A DNA stretch of 64,000 bases from positions 372,001 through 436,000 of the forward strand of contig NIVC01000099.1 in assembly GCA_002269645.1 (NCBI GenBank). The letters are read 5' to 3'. The notes below the pieces were generated by a model that searched no databases, had not been told where the DNA came from, and saw only the letters and a program-made list of their open reading frames with translations. Positions 45,218-56,849 of the stretch are shown one piece after another. Origin of the DNA: Macrostomum lignano. Its lineage: Eukaryota. A program made the translations under genes and the position numbers. Numbering within the stretch: the first letter of the stretch is position 1; each line of letters starts with the position of its first letter.

Positions 45218-45994
45218 CAGCAGGCTCTCTGCATTCCTGCTTGTTCTCCCCCGTCTCCATGGCAACGCCGAAGCATGCAGTTTTCTCTCTAACCCCTGCT
45301 CTCTCCCCTATGTCCCTACTTCATCAGCTACAATGCGATTCCGCATTCCCCATATCCTCGCTACTGGGAGCAGAGAGTTCGCAGGTTACAATCTGAATGC
45401 GTTAAATGCGGCTTGAAGAGCGAGAGAGGGGGGCAGGAGGGCCAGCAAAAATCGCTAGAAGCAGTTTCATTCTCAACAATAGCCGATTTCGTGAATGCGA
45501 GGTCGCCGCTCGCAGTTCACAACAGTGTGCGACCTCCTGAGACCGTGGAACGTTGAAGAAGCGCTTGGGTCAATGGATGAATAGAGGCAGTAGCAGAAAT
45601 GCAGCTGGGGCTGACTTGAGATGGAGGAGAGAGCGGGGGCGGGGGCAGAGAAGCCAAAGAATTAGAAAATGCTCAGCGCTGGTCTTGACTGCTGCAGCGA
45701 CTCATGATTAGCGCTTAGAGGGGCTGCTCTGCATTCCTGGCTCTCCCACCCCCTGCGTGTCTGCCTGCGTGCACAGCCCAGCTGTTTGTGGCCTCAGCCA
45801 ATGAGAACTCGCTAGAGACACACGCGGATGAAGGAGAGATACTGCCGTGGCAGAAAACAAGTCGACTTGAGGCCATAAATCTCTGGCGCGGTAAACAGCT
45901 ATTTTCAAATATTTGAAACAGAAACTGCTTGTTAGCCGCTCTTTTCTGTGAATTCCTCATTTGCCAGGCGATTGAAATTCGAATTTGAGCCGTC

Positions 45995-48900
45995 ATGACG
46001 GACGCGATTTTGATGCTCGACCGAGTGAGCCGCGCCCTGACCGAGCCGCCCAGCGACCGGAACGAGGACGACCTGGTGATGATCATGAACTGGTTCAAGG
46101 ACTTGTCTAGGGCCGAGGAGAAGAAGGGGAAAGTCTGCGTGCTGGGCGAGCTGGAAGACGGTGAGTTTGAAAATGCATTTTTGACTTGCTTTGGTGCCTT
46201 TGTGACTTGAAGATCTCGTGCCGTTGGGGCTGACAGCGAGTTGCTCATAAGGTTCAGCGGTAAACCGGTCTGACTCTCGACCCCTGGATCGACTGCTGCG
46301 CGACCACTCCTATTTGGGAATTGAGCATGAAAACTGACCAGGCGGCTGGCGTGAGATTCACGCCCACGAGGGTAGAGTTAGAATAAGGGTAGGGTGGTTT
46401 TAGTTGGATTTTCTGCCCTATGAAATTACTTTAATTAATGAAAGAGCCCCCTGTAGGAAGATACGAGTGTTTGGGTATGATAACTGGCCTAAAAAAAGGT
46501 AAAGTCCATTGTGAGGCGGCAGGGGTTGCTGGTCTGAAAGGGGTGTGTACATTGTGGGCGGCAGGGTTGCTGGTCCGATAAGGGTGTGTACATTGTGGGC
46601 GGCAGGGGTTGCTGGTCTGATAAGGGTGTGTACATTGTGGGCGGCAGGGGTTGCTGGTCTGAAAGGGGTGTGTACATTGTGGGCGGCAGGGTTGCTGGTC
46701 CGATAAGGGTGTGTACATTGTGGGCGGCAGGGGTTGCTGGTCTGATAAGGGTGTGTACATTGTGGGCGGCAGGGGTTGCTGGTCTGATAAGGGTGTGTAC
46801 ATTGTGGGCGGCAGGGGTTGCTGGTCTGATAAGGGTGTGTACATTGTGGGCGGCAGGGGTTGCTGGTCTGATAAGGGTGTGTACATTGTGGGCGGCAGGG
46901 GTTGCTGGTCTGATAAGGGTGTGTACATTGTGGGCGGCAGGGGTTGCTGGTCTGACAAGGGTGCTCGTAAGGTTCAGGGAGTTGTTGGAGTTGTTGGTGG
47001 AGAGAAAGTTATGGACGGAGGATGTAGCGTTTCTTCCCGTACAGCCACTCATATCCATAGGGCTGAAATTGAAATCTGCGCATCTGTAAGCTAAAGGTGC
47101 TCAGTGCCATGCACAGACGAGCAGTATAGTTCAGTTGTAAAAGTTGAGAAGCCCGCCTACGTTGCGAAGTTCCCTTTTTTATATAAAAAACAAGAAATTT
47201 GCCAGTGTAAAGTAAAGAAGTTTACCGACGTAAGTTTTGAAACCTTTGCTTTGAAAAATTCATCACTATAGCTAGCTGGCAGCCAAGGGGGGCACAGATG
47301 ATGAGTTCTGCTCTTCAGAGCGAGACTATAAACGACAATGACAGCTACTCACGGGTGCCACACCCTGGCTACTAAAAGACTGCTAGCAGCGAACATAATT
47401 AAATTTAGCTTCAGAATTCAGAGCCCAGTTTGCAGCGTACATTTTGTAGCCGCTGAGGCATTTTCTACGAAGTATAGCCAGTCCGACAGAGAATGACAGA
47501 CGGCCGCTGTCAAAGTCCCGCAGCTTGGCAGGTTTTGCGTCTCTGAAAATGCCGCAAATTGAGTAGAGACTGATGCAGCCCTCTGAGGCTGGGTTCAAGT
47601 GGACTCGAGCAAAGATGCTTTTAGCTTCTACTAAAAAACATAGAACAAGTGCACTTGAGTGTTTGGTGAAACCGGAAAATCCGAGATGAGGCTTTTGAGG
47701 GTTACCGTTGACAGAACCAACTCAATGCGGATCAAGAGCAGATTGACAGCGAAATTCGGAGTCGGTTGAGGGCAGATTCAGAGTCGATCGAGGGCAGATT
47801 CAGAGTCGATTGAGGGCAGATTCAGAGTCAAATGAGGGCAGATTCAGAGTCGATCGAGGGCAGATTCAGAGTCGATCGAGGGCAGATTCAGAGTCGATCG
47901 AGGGCAGATTCAGAGTCGATTGAGGGCAGATTCAGAGTCGATTGAGGGCAGATTCAGAGTCGATTGAGGGCAGATTCAGAGTCGGTTGAGGGCAGATTCA
48001 GAGTCGGTTGAGGGCAGATTCAGAGTCGATTGAGGGCAGATTCAGAGTCGATTGAGGGCAGATTCAGAGTCGATTGAGGGCAGATTCAGAGTCGATTGAG
48101 GGCAGATTCAGAGTCGATCGAGGGCAGATTCAGAGTCGATCGAGGGCAGATTCAGAGTCGGTTGAGGGCAGATTCAGAGTCGGTTGAGGGCAGATTCAGA
48201 GTCGATTGAGGGCAGATTAAACTTAGATCAATCGAGTCTACATTGATCCGAAGTAGAAGTTGATGACTCTTAAACGCCTCTCATCACAACCGCGCCGCAG
48301 GTGTGCTGAAGGCCCTTGTCAAAGACTCGGTGCTGGAGACGTGGGAAACTGGCCGCATCCTCATCAAGCAGGGCAACACAGGCGACTTCATGTACATCAT
48401 CCTGTCCGGCGAGTGCGAGGTTCGCGTCTCCAGCAACGAGAACTCCTGGCAGGAGGGTGACGTCATCCGAGGCGGGCAAAAGGAGTTCGGCGACGCGCTG
48501 GGCGTTCTGGTCGGCGTGGTGGGGCGTGAGTTTACTGGACTAGCAATCCGCACTCAGGGGTTGCCAATCCCAATGGGCTAGAGCATTATCCGCCAGCCCT
48601 ACAAGTTAAGCAGAGTTGGTCGTGGTTAGTACGGCTAAGTACACAGCTGAACAGGCTTGAGTCGAATATTTTTTGCTCATGGCCAGATGAGAGAGAACAG
48701 GAGAGGGAATGGAAGATGAGGAGATGAGAGAAGAGAGGGGAGAAGATAAGGAGAGAAGAGGAGACGGGGAGAGAGGAGAGCTGAGAAGAGACAAACCTTG
48801 AACGAGCCGGATTGCTATTGTGAAGTTACAAAGACCCGAGGGCCGGAGATTGCCAACCCCTGCTATAGAGCACTTATACTTACCAGGCTCACAAGGATCG

Positions 48901-50249
48901 CAGAAGCGATTATTGGTAAATTAGCAAACGACTTTGTAAGAATTATTGTATAAGACATCAGAGAGTGAAAAATGCATAACTTGGAGTTCTTTAATCATCC
49001 TGGTAGCAGCTCTGAGCTGAGGATAAATACAGGGTGGCAGAATTCGACCCCCACTGGTCACTCCTGGGTTGTTAAGCTGCATCAGCTGCATCTACGGCAT
49101 GACGTCACTCTCCGTCCCTCTCCCCCCTCAGCCGGCTCGGTGATCGGCGAGGTCGCCCTAGTGAAGAACGTGACGCGCACAGCCAACGTGATCGTGAGCC
49201 CCAGCACCGAGGCCTGCACCCTCATCCGGATCTCTCGCGACCTGTTCAACCGCACCCTGCAGGAGCACCTGCGCAGACTCGAGCAGGAGCGCGAGGACTT
49301 CACCAACGGGTTCCACCTGGTGAGCAACTTCAACCCGAAGCTTAGGCAACAGTTCATCCGAGCCCTGATGAAGGAAAAGCACTACAATGGCGACATCATT
49401 GTCCGACAGGGCGACAAGATTGAGGACATCTACTTTATCGTCAGGTAAATCGAAAAATGAAGGGAAAGAAAGCGAGCTTGCGCCCCAAGGGCCCGGGTCA
49501 CTTCTTAGAACTCGCTTGATGCATCTAGGGTAGCTGGGTTGCCATTTTTGACTTCCTGGGGCGCTGGTTAAAGTAGTTGCCCTTTAGAAAGCAACTTCGG
49601 GAGCCTCTGGTGTTTTTGGGAAACGGGGAAGTTCAAGGGTTGGGCGCCATTGAACAACATAAACTTTCGCCACGTCGAATCACCGGAATATTTCTAACTG
49701 GCTTACCGCAGCGGTGACGTCATCCTGTACCTGAACCCCAACAAGTTGGTGTCCCAGTACGAGCTGCACCTGCAGGCCAAGAATGTGTACTCAATTTTGC
49801 CCGAGGCCTCCAAAAAGCCACCCAGCGGTCTGCTGCACCGTCATGTGACCACGCCGCGGCCGCAGGACGGTAACGGCTTCGGCTCGCCAAATCTGCCGCT
49901 GTCGATGCAGCCGATGAGCGGCAGCACGAAGGTGATCTGGAGCTGCGTCAGCAAGAACGGCATGCTGGGCGACTTCGAGGTGCTCACCCAGCTGCCCAGC
50001 CGCATGACAACGGCCGTGGCGCAGACAGAGACGGTGCTGTTCCGCATGAACCTGCCCGAGTTCCGCCGCCTGGTGATCAAGGAGGGCCGCGAGACCGCCA
50101 AGGAGGCGCGCAGCCTGGCGAAAACGGCGCTGCGCTACCGCAACGGCAAGCGCCGGGAGAAGCTGAACGCGCGCGGCCAGACGGAGAGCGAAGTGAGCTT
50201 TGTTGACTACCTGATCCGGGCCATCGACCAGCTGGCGATGCCAATTTGA
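45995..50249 (+). CDS. Cyclic nucleotide-binding domain protein with two CNB domains (CNBD2-like), 4 exons, 413 aa: join(45995-46160, 48301-48525, 49132-49444, 49712-50249)
   Basis: CNB motifs LIKQGNTGDFMYIILSGECEV, GSVIGEVALVKNVTRTANV, IVRQGDKIEDIYFIVSGDV and GMLGDFEVL. GT-AG junctions are phase 1/1/2 and the total of 1242 nt equals 414 codons. There is an in-frame stop just upstream of the ATG. Confidence 0.88.
46512..46961. repeat. 42-bp minisatellite CATTGTGGGCGGCAGGGGTTGCTGGTCTGATAAGGGTGTGTA (CNBD intron 1)
   Basis: 42-nt period, about 10-11 copies. Confidence 0.95.
47757..48217. repeat. 22-bp minisatellite GAGGGCAGATTCAGAGTCGATT (CNBD intron 1)
   Basis: Read directly; about 21 copies. 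Confidence 0.95.
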
Positions 50250-50816
50250 CATGTTCAATGCAGATTTTTCCTGAATTCATTTCCCCTGATCTTCTGAGTG
50301 AACTTTTTATTTTTAGATGGTACTTCGTACTTTGTGCCCTCGCTAGTTTCCATCAATCCCAGCCTTTCCTTTACTGTCCACTGGTCGGCCCTCCAGGATG
50401 CTTCGCTACAAAGCAATCATTAAAAAAACTTTTCCAGGTTCAATTTGACCTCTCCGGCTTTATTTGCAGTCAAATTTATTTGTTTTAGCCAGCAGTCTTT
50501 TAGCTATTTGAAACTGTGCACCCTGCAGTTTGCAAATGCATGAATTGAAAAGAACTATTTACAGGTAGATTATTCACTTTACCAATCATTTTAACATTGT
50601 ACTTTTACATGTCGTGGATGCACTTACAACCAGTAGTATGTTGCAGGAGCAATGAATCACTATGTATAGATACCGAAGTACTATAAAATTTTGAAGCTTT
50701 GATGTGAAAATTCTCTTCTTCTTTGAAATTAATTTTCTTACTAGACTCGGTTTTTACTCCATTCAAGTTGGTCTAAATTGACAGCGGCTCTTCTATACAG
50801 AAGTTGCAGGACAATT

Positions 50817-52005
50817 GGCTAATTACAGCACAATCTGCACTAATTACAGCACAATCTGCACTAATTACAGCACATTCTGTACTAATTACAGCACAATCTG
50901 CACTAATTACAGCACAATCTGCACTAATTACAGCACATTCTGCACAAATTACAGCACAATCGGCACTAATTACAGCACAATCGGCACTAATTACAGCACA
51001 ATCGGCACTAATTACAGCACAATCTGCACTAATTACAGCACAATTGGCACTAATTACAGTACAATCGGCACTAATTACAGTACAATCGGCACTAATTACA
51101 GCACATTCTGCACTAATTACAGCACAATCTGCACTAATTACAGCACAATCTGCACTAATTACAGCACAATTGGCACTAATTACAGTACAATCGGCACTAA
51201 TTACAGCACAATCTGCACTAATTACAGCACAATCTGCACTAATTACAGCACAATTGGCACTAATTACAGTACAATCGGCACTAATTACAGCACAATCGGC
51301 ACTAATTACAGCACAATCTGCACTAATTACAGCCCAATCTGCACTAATTACAGCACAATCGGCACTAATTACAGCACAATCGGCACTAATTACAGCACAA
51401 TCGGCACTAATTACAGCACAATCGGCACTAATTACAGCACAATCTGCACTAATTACAGCACAATCTGCACTAATTACAGCACAATCGGCACTAATTACAG
51501 CACAATCTGCACTAATTACAGCACAATCTGCACTAATTACAGCACATTCTGCACTAATTACAGCACAATCTGCACTAATTACAGCACAATCTGCACTAAT
51601 TACAGCACAATTGGCACTAATTACAGTACAATCGGCACTAATTACAGCACAATCGGCACTAATTACAGCACAATCTGCACTAATTACAGCACAATCTGCA
51701 CTAATTACAGCCCAATCTGCACTAATTACAGCACAATCGGCACTAATTACAGCACAATCGGCACTAATTACAGCACAATCGGCACTAATTACAGCACAAT
51801 CGGCACTAATTACAGCACAATCGGCACTAATTACAGCACAATCTGCACTAATTACAGCACAATCTGCACTAATTACAGCACAATCTGCACTAATTACAGC
51901 ACAATCGGCACTAATTACAGCACAATCTGCATAAATTACAGCACAATCGGCACTAATTACAGCACAATCTGAACTAATTACAGCACAATCGGCACTAATT
52001 ACACA
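50817..52005. repeat. 21-bp minisatellite CTAATTACAGCACAATC(T/G)GCA
   Basis: Read directly; about 56 copies; explains the 376/385-aa pseudo-ORFs. Confidence 0.97.
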
Positions 52006-52494
52006 GCAGAATAGGACTGGGCTTCGTAAATAATTAATAACTAATTAGTAGGCAGCTTTGCACGATAAGAGATTAAGCGAAGCTGCCGCACTCTGTTTTG
52101 AGTAAACCTGACCCCACCGAGCTCAACTTGGCTACCGAAAGAAAATGAAATAAATCTTCTGTCATGAATAAAAGCCGAACTTGAAGCTGGAATCTCTTTG
52201 AACTTACCCAATTTAAGCTGCAGCACCTAGCCAAAAGAGGCCATTGTCTGGCTGACTTCGCACAAATTCAAAAACATTGCTGAGGCGAAAACCGCTGTAG
52301 CTTCATTTAGCAGCGGCTTCGTCAGGGTTGGCCTGTTTATATGGCTTACTTAGAATGAATGGTTTTGACAAAAAATATTCTACTTGGAGTTTTGCTTTCG
52401 TGAAGTGACAGACATTGACTGCCCTTAATATAGTACTGTCTCAGTAGGCTCGCACGGAGCGTGAACTGACATTGTTTAGGCACCAAAATTAATT

Positions 52495-53010
52495 TGAATC
52501 AAAATGAGAGTCACTAAATCAAAATGAGTGTCAGTGAATCAAAATGAGTGTCAGTAAATCAAAATGAGTGTCAGTGAATCAAAATGAGTATCAGTGAATC
52601 AAAATGAGTGACAGTGAATCAAAATGAGTGTCAGTGAATCAAAATGAGAGTTACTAAATCAAAGTGAGTGTCACTGAATCAAAATGAGTGTCAGTCAATC
52701 GAAATGAGTGTCTGTGAATCAAAATGAGTGTCAGTGAATCAAAATGAGTGTCAGTGAATCAAACTGAGTGACAGTGAATCAAAATGAGTGTCAGTGAATC
52801 AAACTGAGTGTCAGTGAATCAAAATGAGTGTCAGTGAATCAAAATGAGTGTCAGTGAATCAAACTGAGTGACAGTGAATAAAAATGAGTGTCAGTAAATC
52901 AAAATGAGTGTCAGTGAATCAAAATGAGTGTCAGTGAATCAAAATGAGTGACAGTGAATCAAAATGAGTGTCAGTGAATCAAAATGAGTGTCAGTGAATC
53001 AAAATGAGTA
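52495..53010. repeat. 20-bp minisatellite GTGAATCAAAATGAGTGTCA
   Basis: Read directly. Confidence 0.95.
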
Positions 53011-53284
53011 CCAGAGGGGTGCATAATGAGGGAGAATGCGAGGCGCAGAACTTGCACTGAAAATCCATTTTTTCACGCTTCAATCTCGCTTAAAATCAAG
53101 CAGCCATTGTGCATTCGCGGCTTCTGTAGCCTGGGGACCAGCTCAGCCAGGGACACGAAGTTGAAAGTTTTGTAGCTTTAGCCGTTCATCATCAAGTGAC
53201 CATTCAAAATTAGCTCGTGAAAAGTCTCAGAAAAATTGCAAAGCGAATGTTTGCAATCGAAAATCGACAACACTCGAAAGCGCA

Positions 53285-54203
53285 TCAATGCACATCAGTT
53301 TGATTAAAGAACTGCTGCAACTCGGACTCTCTCAGCGAAGTGGCGGCGTGAGCAAACGCCTTGACGCAGCCCTTGAAGGATTCGTTCTTGACGATGAGCC
53401 AGTGGTGACCGAGGAAATGCCACAGAGTCTCATCTGCAGCCTCAATGTTACTGTTGACAGGCCTCTCTTCGATCAGGCCAGAGGGCCGGTCATTGAATGA
53501 CAGCTTCAGCGAATCCGTCTCGGCGAATGCGGCGACGTCCACCCAGGACTCGTTGCCAGGAAGCGTCTCGCTGACCGTCTGGATGAAATATTGAGGCTGG
53601 GTCAGGCGAAGGGAAAACTCCGGTCACATTGCCTCGATGTGCTCTCACAGGTAGGCCAAGATTGTCCTATCGTTGACGCGCAGGACCTCAATTCGTGGTT
53701 GCAGCTGCGATAGCGACTCTTGCTTCAAGCGCAGCAGCCAGGCGAACGGAGCCTTCAGACTGAACGGGCTGTCGAGAGTCACCTCCATCCTCATGAAGAG
53801 CCCCAGCTAGTCAAACTCGATTTTATCTGCCCTAATGCCGAGCAGTCTTTGTCGAGTCCAGCAGGCTCACATGGTTATCAAACTGTCTGGTCTGCTGGCT
53901 GACAACTCAGACGCCCTGGAATTCGGAGTTGAGTATCTGCAGATCCGCTGGAGTGACAGCAAAATGTGACGCATCTGTTGAGCGACGGAGCAGGTCAAGG
54001 AGTAGCAATTAACACTGGTAGATTTTCTTAGCTGAGGGGTACTGGACGAGACAGGCGCGGGTCTCCAGAACAACCCGAGCAGAAGCCGAGTGGATGCATT
54101 CGATGCCGCTGTGAGCGCCTGGCCCGTTCTAGCATCCGACATCGGTGAACCGACGCTGCCAGACAACAGGGTCCTCGGATGTCACTTGTTGAAGGCTACA
54201 CAT
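53285..54203 (-). pseudogene. Candidate intronless pseudogene of unrecognised family (about 306 codons, 6 internal stops, 1 frameshift)
   Basis: Protein-like reading from ATG 54203 (MCSLQQVTSEDPVVW...) to 53285 (...ELQQFFNQTDVH*), needing only one frame change near 53850. No homology was recognised. Confidence 0.4.
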
Positions 54204-54574
54204 GTAAGCAGAGCGAGCACGAGCCCCTGGAGTTACCGTGGAGTCGAATGACAAATCCTAATTGATCGAGCATTCTACGAGCTAGGTTGGCGACAGTCCT
54301 CTCGGTAGAGTGGCAATTTAAATCTGGTTGAGAAACAACTCCACCTAAAGCTTTACTCCTTGCATAAACTTTGTGCTTCTAATAGGCATTTACGTATCTC
54401 CAACGCACATTTATACCATAGCAGTGTTCATGGCCTCTCAAGGAATCAAGCTCAACAAGCAATCAAGAATCATGAGCTGCAAATTTTACAGCTGGTAATA
54501 ACAGTTCGTAGCATTGAGCACGAGCAAGAAGGTAAAATATTGCAGGATTTCGTATTACGAGAAACACACACTCA

Positions 54575-54584
54575 CACACTCACT

Positions 54585-54620
<36 letters not shown>
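54575..54620. repeat. (CA)n microsatellite
   Basis: Read directly. Confidence 0.85.
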
Positions 54621-54621
<1 letters not shown>

Positions 54622-54766
54622 TGTACGCTTCCATGCCGCGCAATTTTGCTCAAGAAACTAAAAACGAACTTGAAAAATTGCATTTCGATAGCAATGGTCC
54701 TGTTGCTTTTTTCACTGATGAGACAGATATGGGACGGCTGAAATTTTGTGACTCTCGGGGGGGGGA

Positions 54767-55110
54767 GGATTGCTGAGATGTCAAGGCTGATGGGGGTATT
54801 GCTGAGATGTCAAGGCTGATGGGGAATTGCTGAGATGTCAAGGCTGATGGGGAATTGCTGAGATGTCAAGGCTGATGGGGGAATTGCTGAGATGTCAAGG
54901 CTGATGGGGGAATTGCTGAGATGTCAAGGCTGATGGGGGAATTGCTGAGATGTCAAGGCTGATGGGGGAATTGCTGAGATGTCAAGGCTGATGGGGGTAT
55001 TGCTGAGATGTCAAGGCTGATGGGGGAATTGCTGAGATGTCAAGGCTGATGGGGGTATTGCTGAGATATCAAGGCTTACGGGGAGAATTTTTGAGACGTC
55101 AAGGCTAATG
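54767..55110. repeat. 28-29-bp repeat ATTGCTGAGATGTCAAGGCTGATGGGGGA
   Basis: Read directly; about 11 copies. Confidence 0.93.
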
Positions 55111-56849
55111 CAGGAATTGCTGAAATGCTGTGGCTCATGAGGGTTGCTCAGAGGCTTGGATTCCAAAGCTCACAGAGGATGCTGATATCTTAGGCTAGAT
55201 AGCTGGCTTTCAGGGCGAATGTTTTTTGCTTTAAACGTCATTTTCTTAAGAAGCTAGCAAGGCATTGCACAAGGTCAGAACCTTACATGTAGTTATGCAA
55301 GAACTTTTATTTTTTTTCTTTGTTGCTTCTTCCGCGGAGGGGGGCGCAGCTTGCTAGTCCTATATACTAAAACTTTTTGCCTAAAATTTCAGAGTTCGCT
55401 TTTGTATGTATGGTGGCTTTCCTAACTATTCCAATTTCATAGAGGGCAGAGCTTGGGGAGCTTCCTGATGGCTCATGCATAACACAGAAGCTGCCGAGCC
55501 ACCAATCTTACTGATTGCTTTTCTGCGGAACTCGGGTCAGAGTGGCCGGTCTATCTATCTGCAACAACAAAGTCAGTTCAGACTAATCAGCCTGGCCAGA
55601 CTAATCAGAAGTCTTAATCCTTTTTATCAGCGTGTTCCGGCCGCGGGGAAGGCACAGCGGGGAGTTGAGACTGTCTTAGAATTTTTTGAACTCTTTCCCC
55701 CAAAGTGCACTTTTTCATCGCCGAACAAAACGTCCCGAGTCCGGCCACGAGACGTGTCTCATTCCAGTGCCCGACGAATTTTGTTACCAAGTAAAAATTC
55801 AAACTCAAGTTCTAAGAGAAATTGAAACACAGCGTTGGCGAGACAAATGTTGCAAGTGCTCCCAGCATCGAAGTCGGAGGCGGATTTGCATCGACTGACA
55901 GCAACTGGGCTGAGGCTGAGGCACATCCCAGGGGATTCAATGCGATTTTTCAACAAAAATCGAAGGCAGACTCGGCCGCTGCTGCGGGAATGCAATTGCC
56001 AGGGGGAACAAGGAGTTGAACAGGAATCCAGGCGAGTAAGGTATAGGATAAGAAAAGCAGTTTGCGCACGAAAATCTTGGCATAAATTGATTTATTCCGC
56101 TAAAGTCACTGCGCGGCTCCGGCAGGCCAAATAAAAGCTAGAAATAGAGTCAGAGAGGATGGAAGGCGCCATAAGTGCATTCCATTTCCAAGAATGCAAT
56201 TGCTCCCGACCAGTTTATGAGGAAGAATTCCCTGAACTAGCAGAGCGCGCGCCGCAGCTCGAATATTAACAGTGCTATAGCGGTCAGCGAGGACTCAGCT
56301 GGCGCAGCCGGGCAATCTCAGGTCGGAGATGCCCCGACATCATTTGTCGCTGATTTTCAACGTCCAAATGGGGGAACGGGCAGCAAAACACTTCTAATAC
56401 TAATGGAGTGCGACCGAATCCCTTCGGGGAGTTGAAGTGGCCGAGCGTCCTCTCCACCCCCGAGCCGGACCAAGTCGTGACCGAGAGGAGCTGCCGAACT
56501 CCCTACACGGCCTTTCTAATTTAACTGTGCAGGCCGATGACGTGCCACACTCTCACCTGGCATCCAGACGGAGAGGCGCGAGACAGAAAATAATTAAGTT
56601 CTGTCATTCAACTTTTTTGGGTCTCGAAAGAAAGTTCTTTTAACTCTAAAAAATCGGAAAATGACATTGCGGGTGATAAATCTGTAGCCTATTAATATTG
56701 TTTCATTTAGTCAATGGAATAATCACCGCAGTTTTGATCAGTTTAATCAAGAGTATTGATAGAAAATCATCGATTTATCAAATTCGAATTCGCGCGATTC
56801 GTCCAATCAGAACTTTGAGAGTTTAAAGTTCAATTTGCTCATCCAGGAT

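Noticed and set aside
50804-51972. 376/385-aa ORFs (ALITAQS, NYSTICT) resembling repeat proteins
   Set aside because: A 21-bp satellite open in two frames, with no unique domain or splice context.
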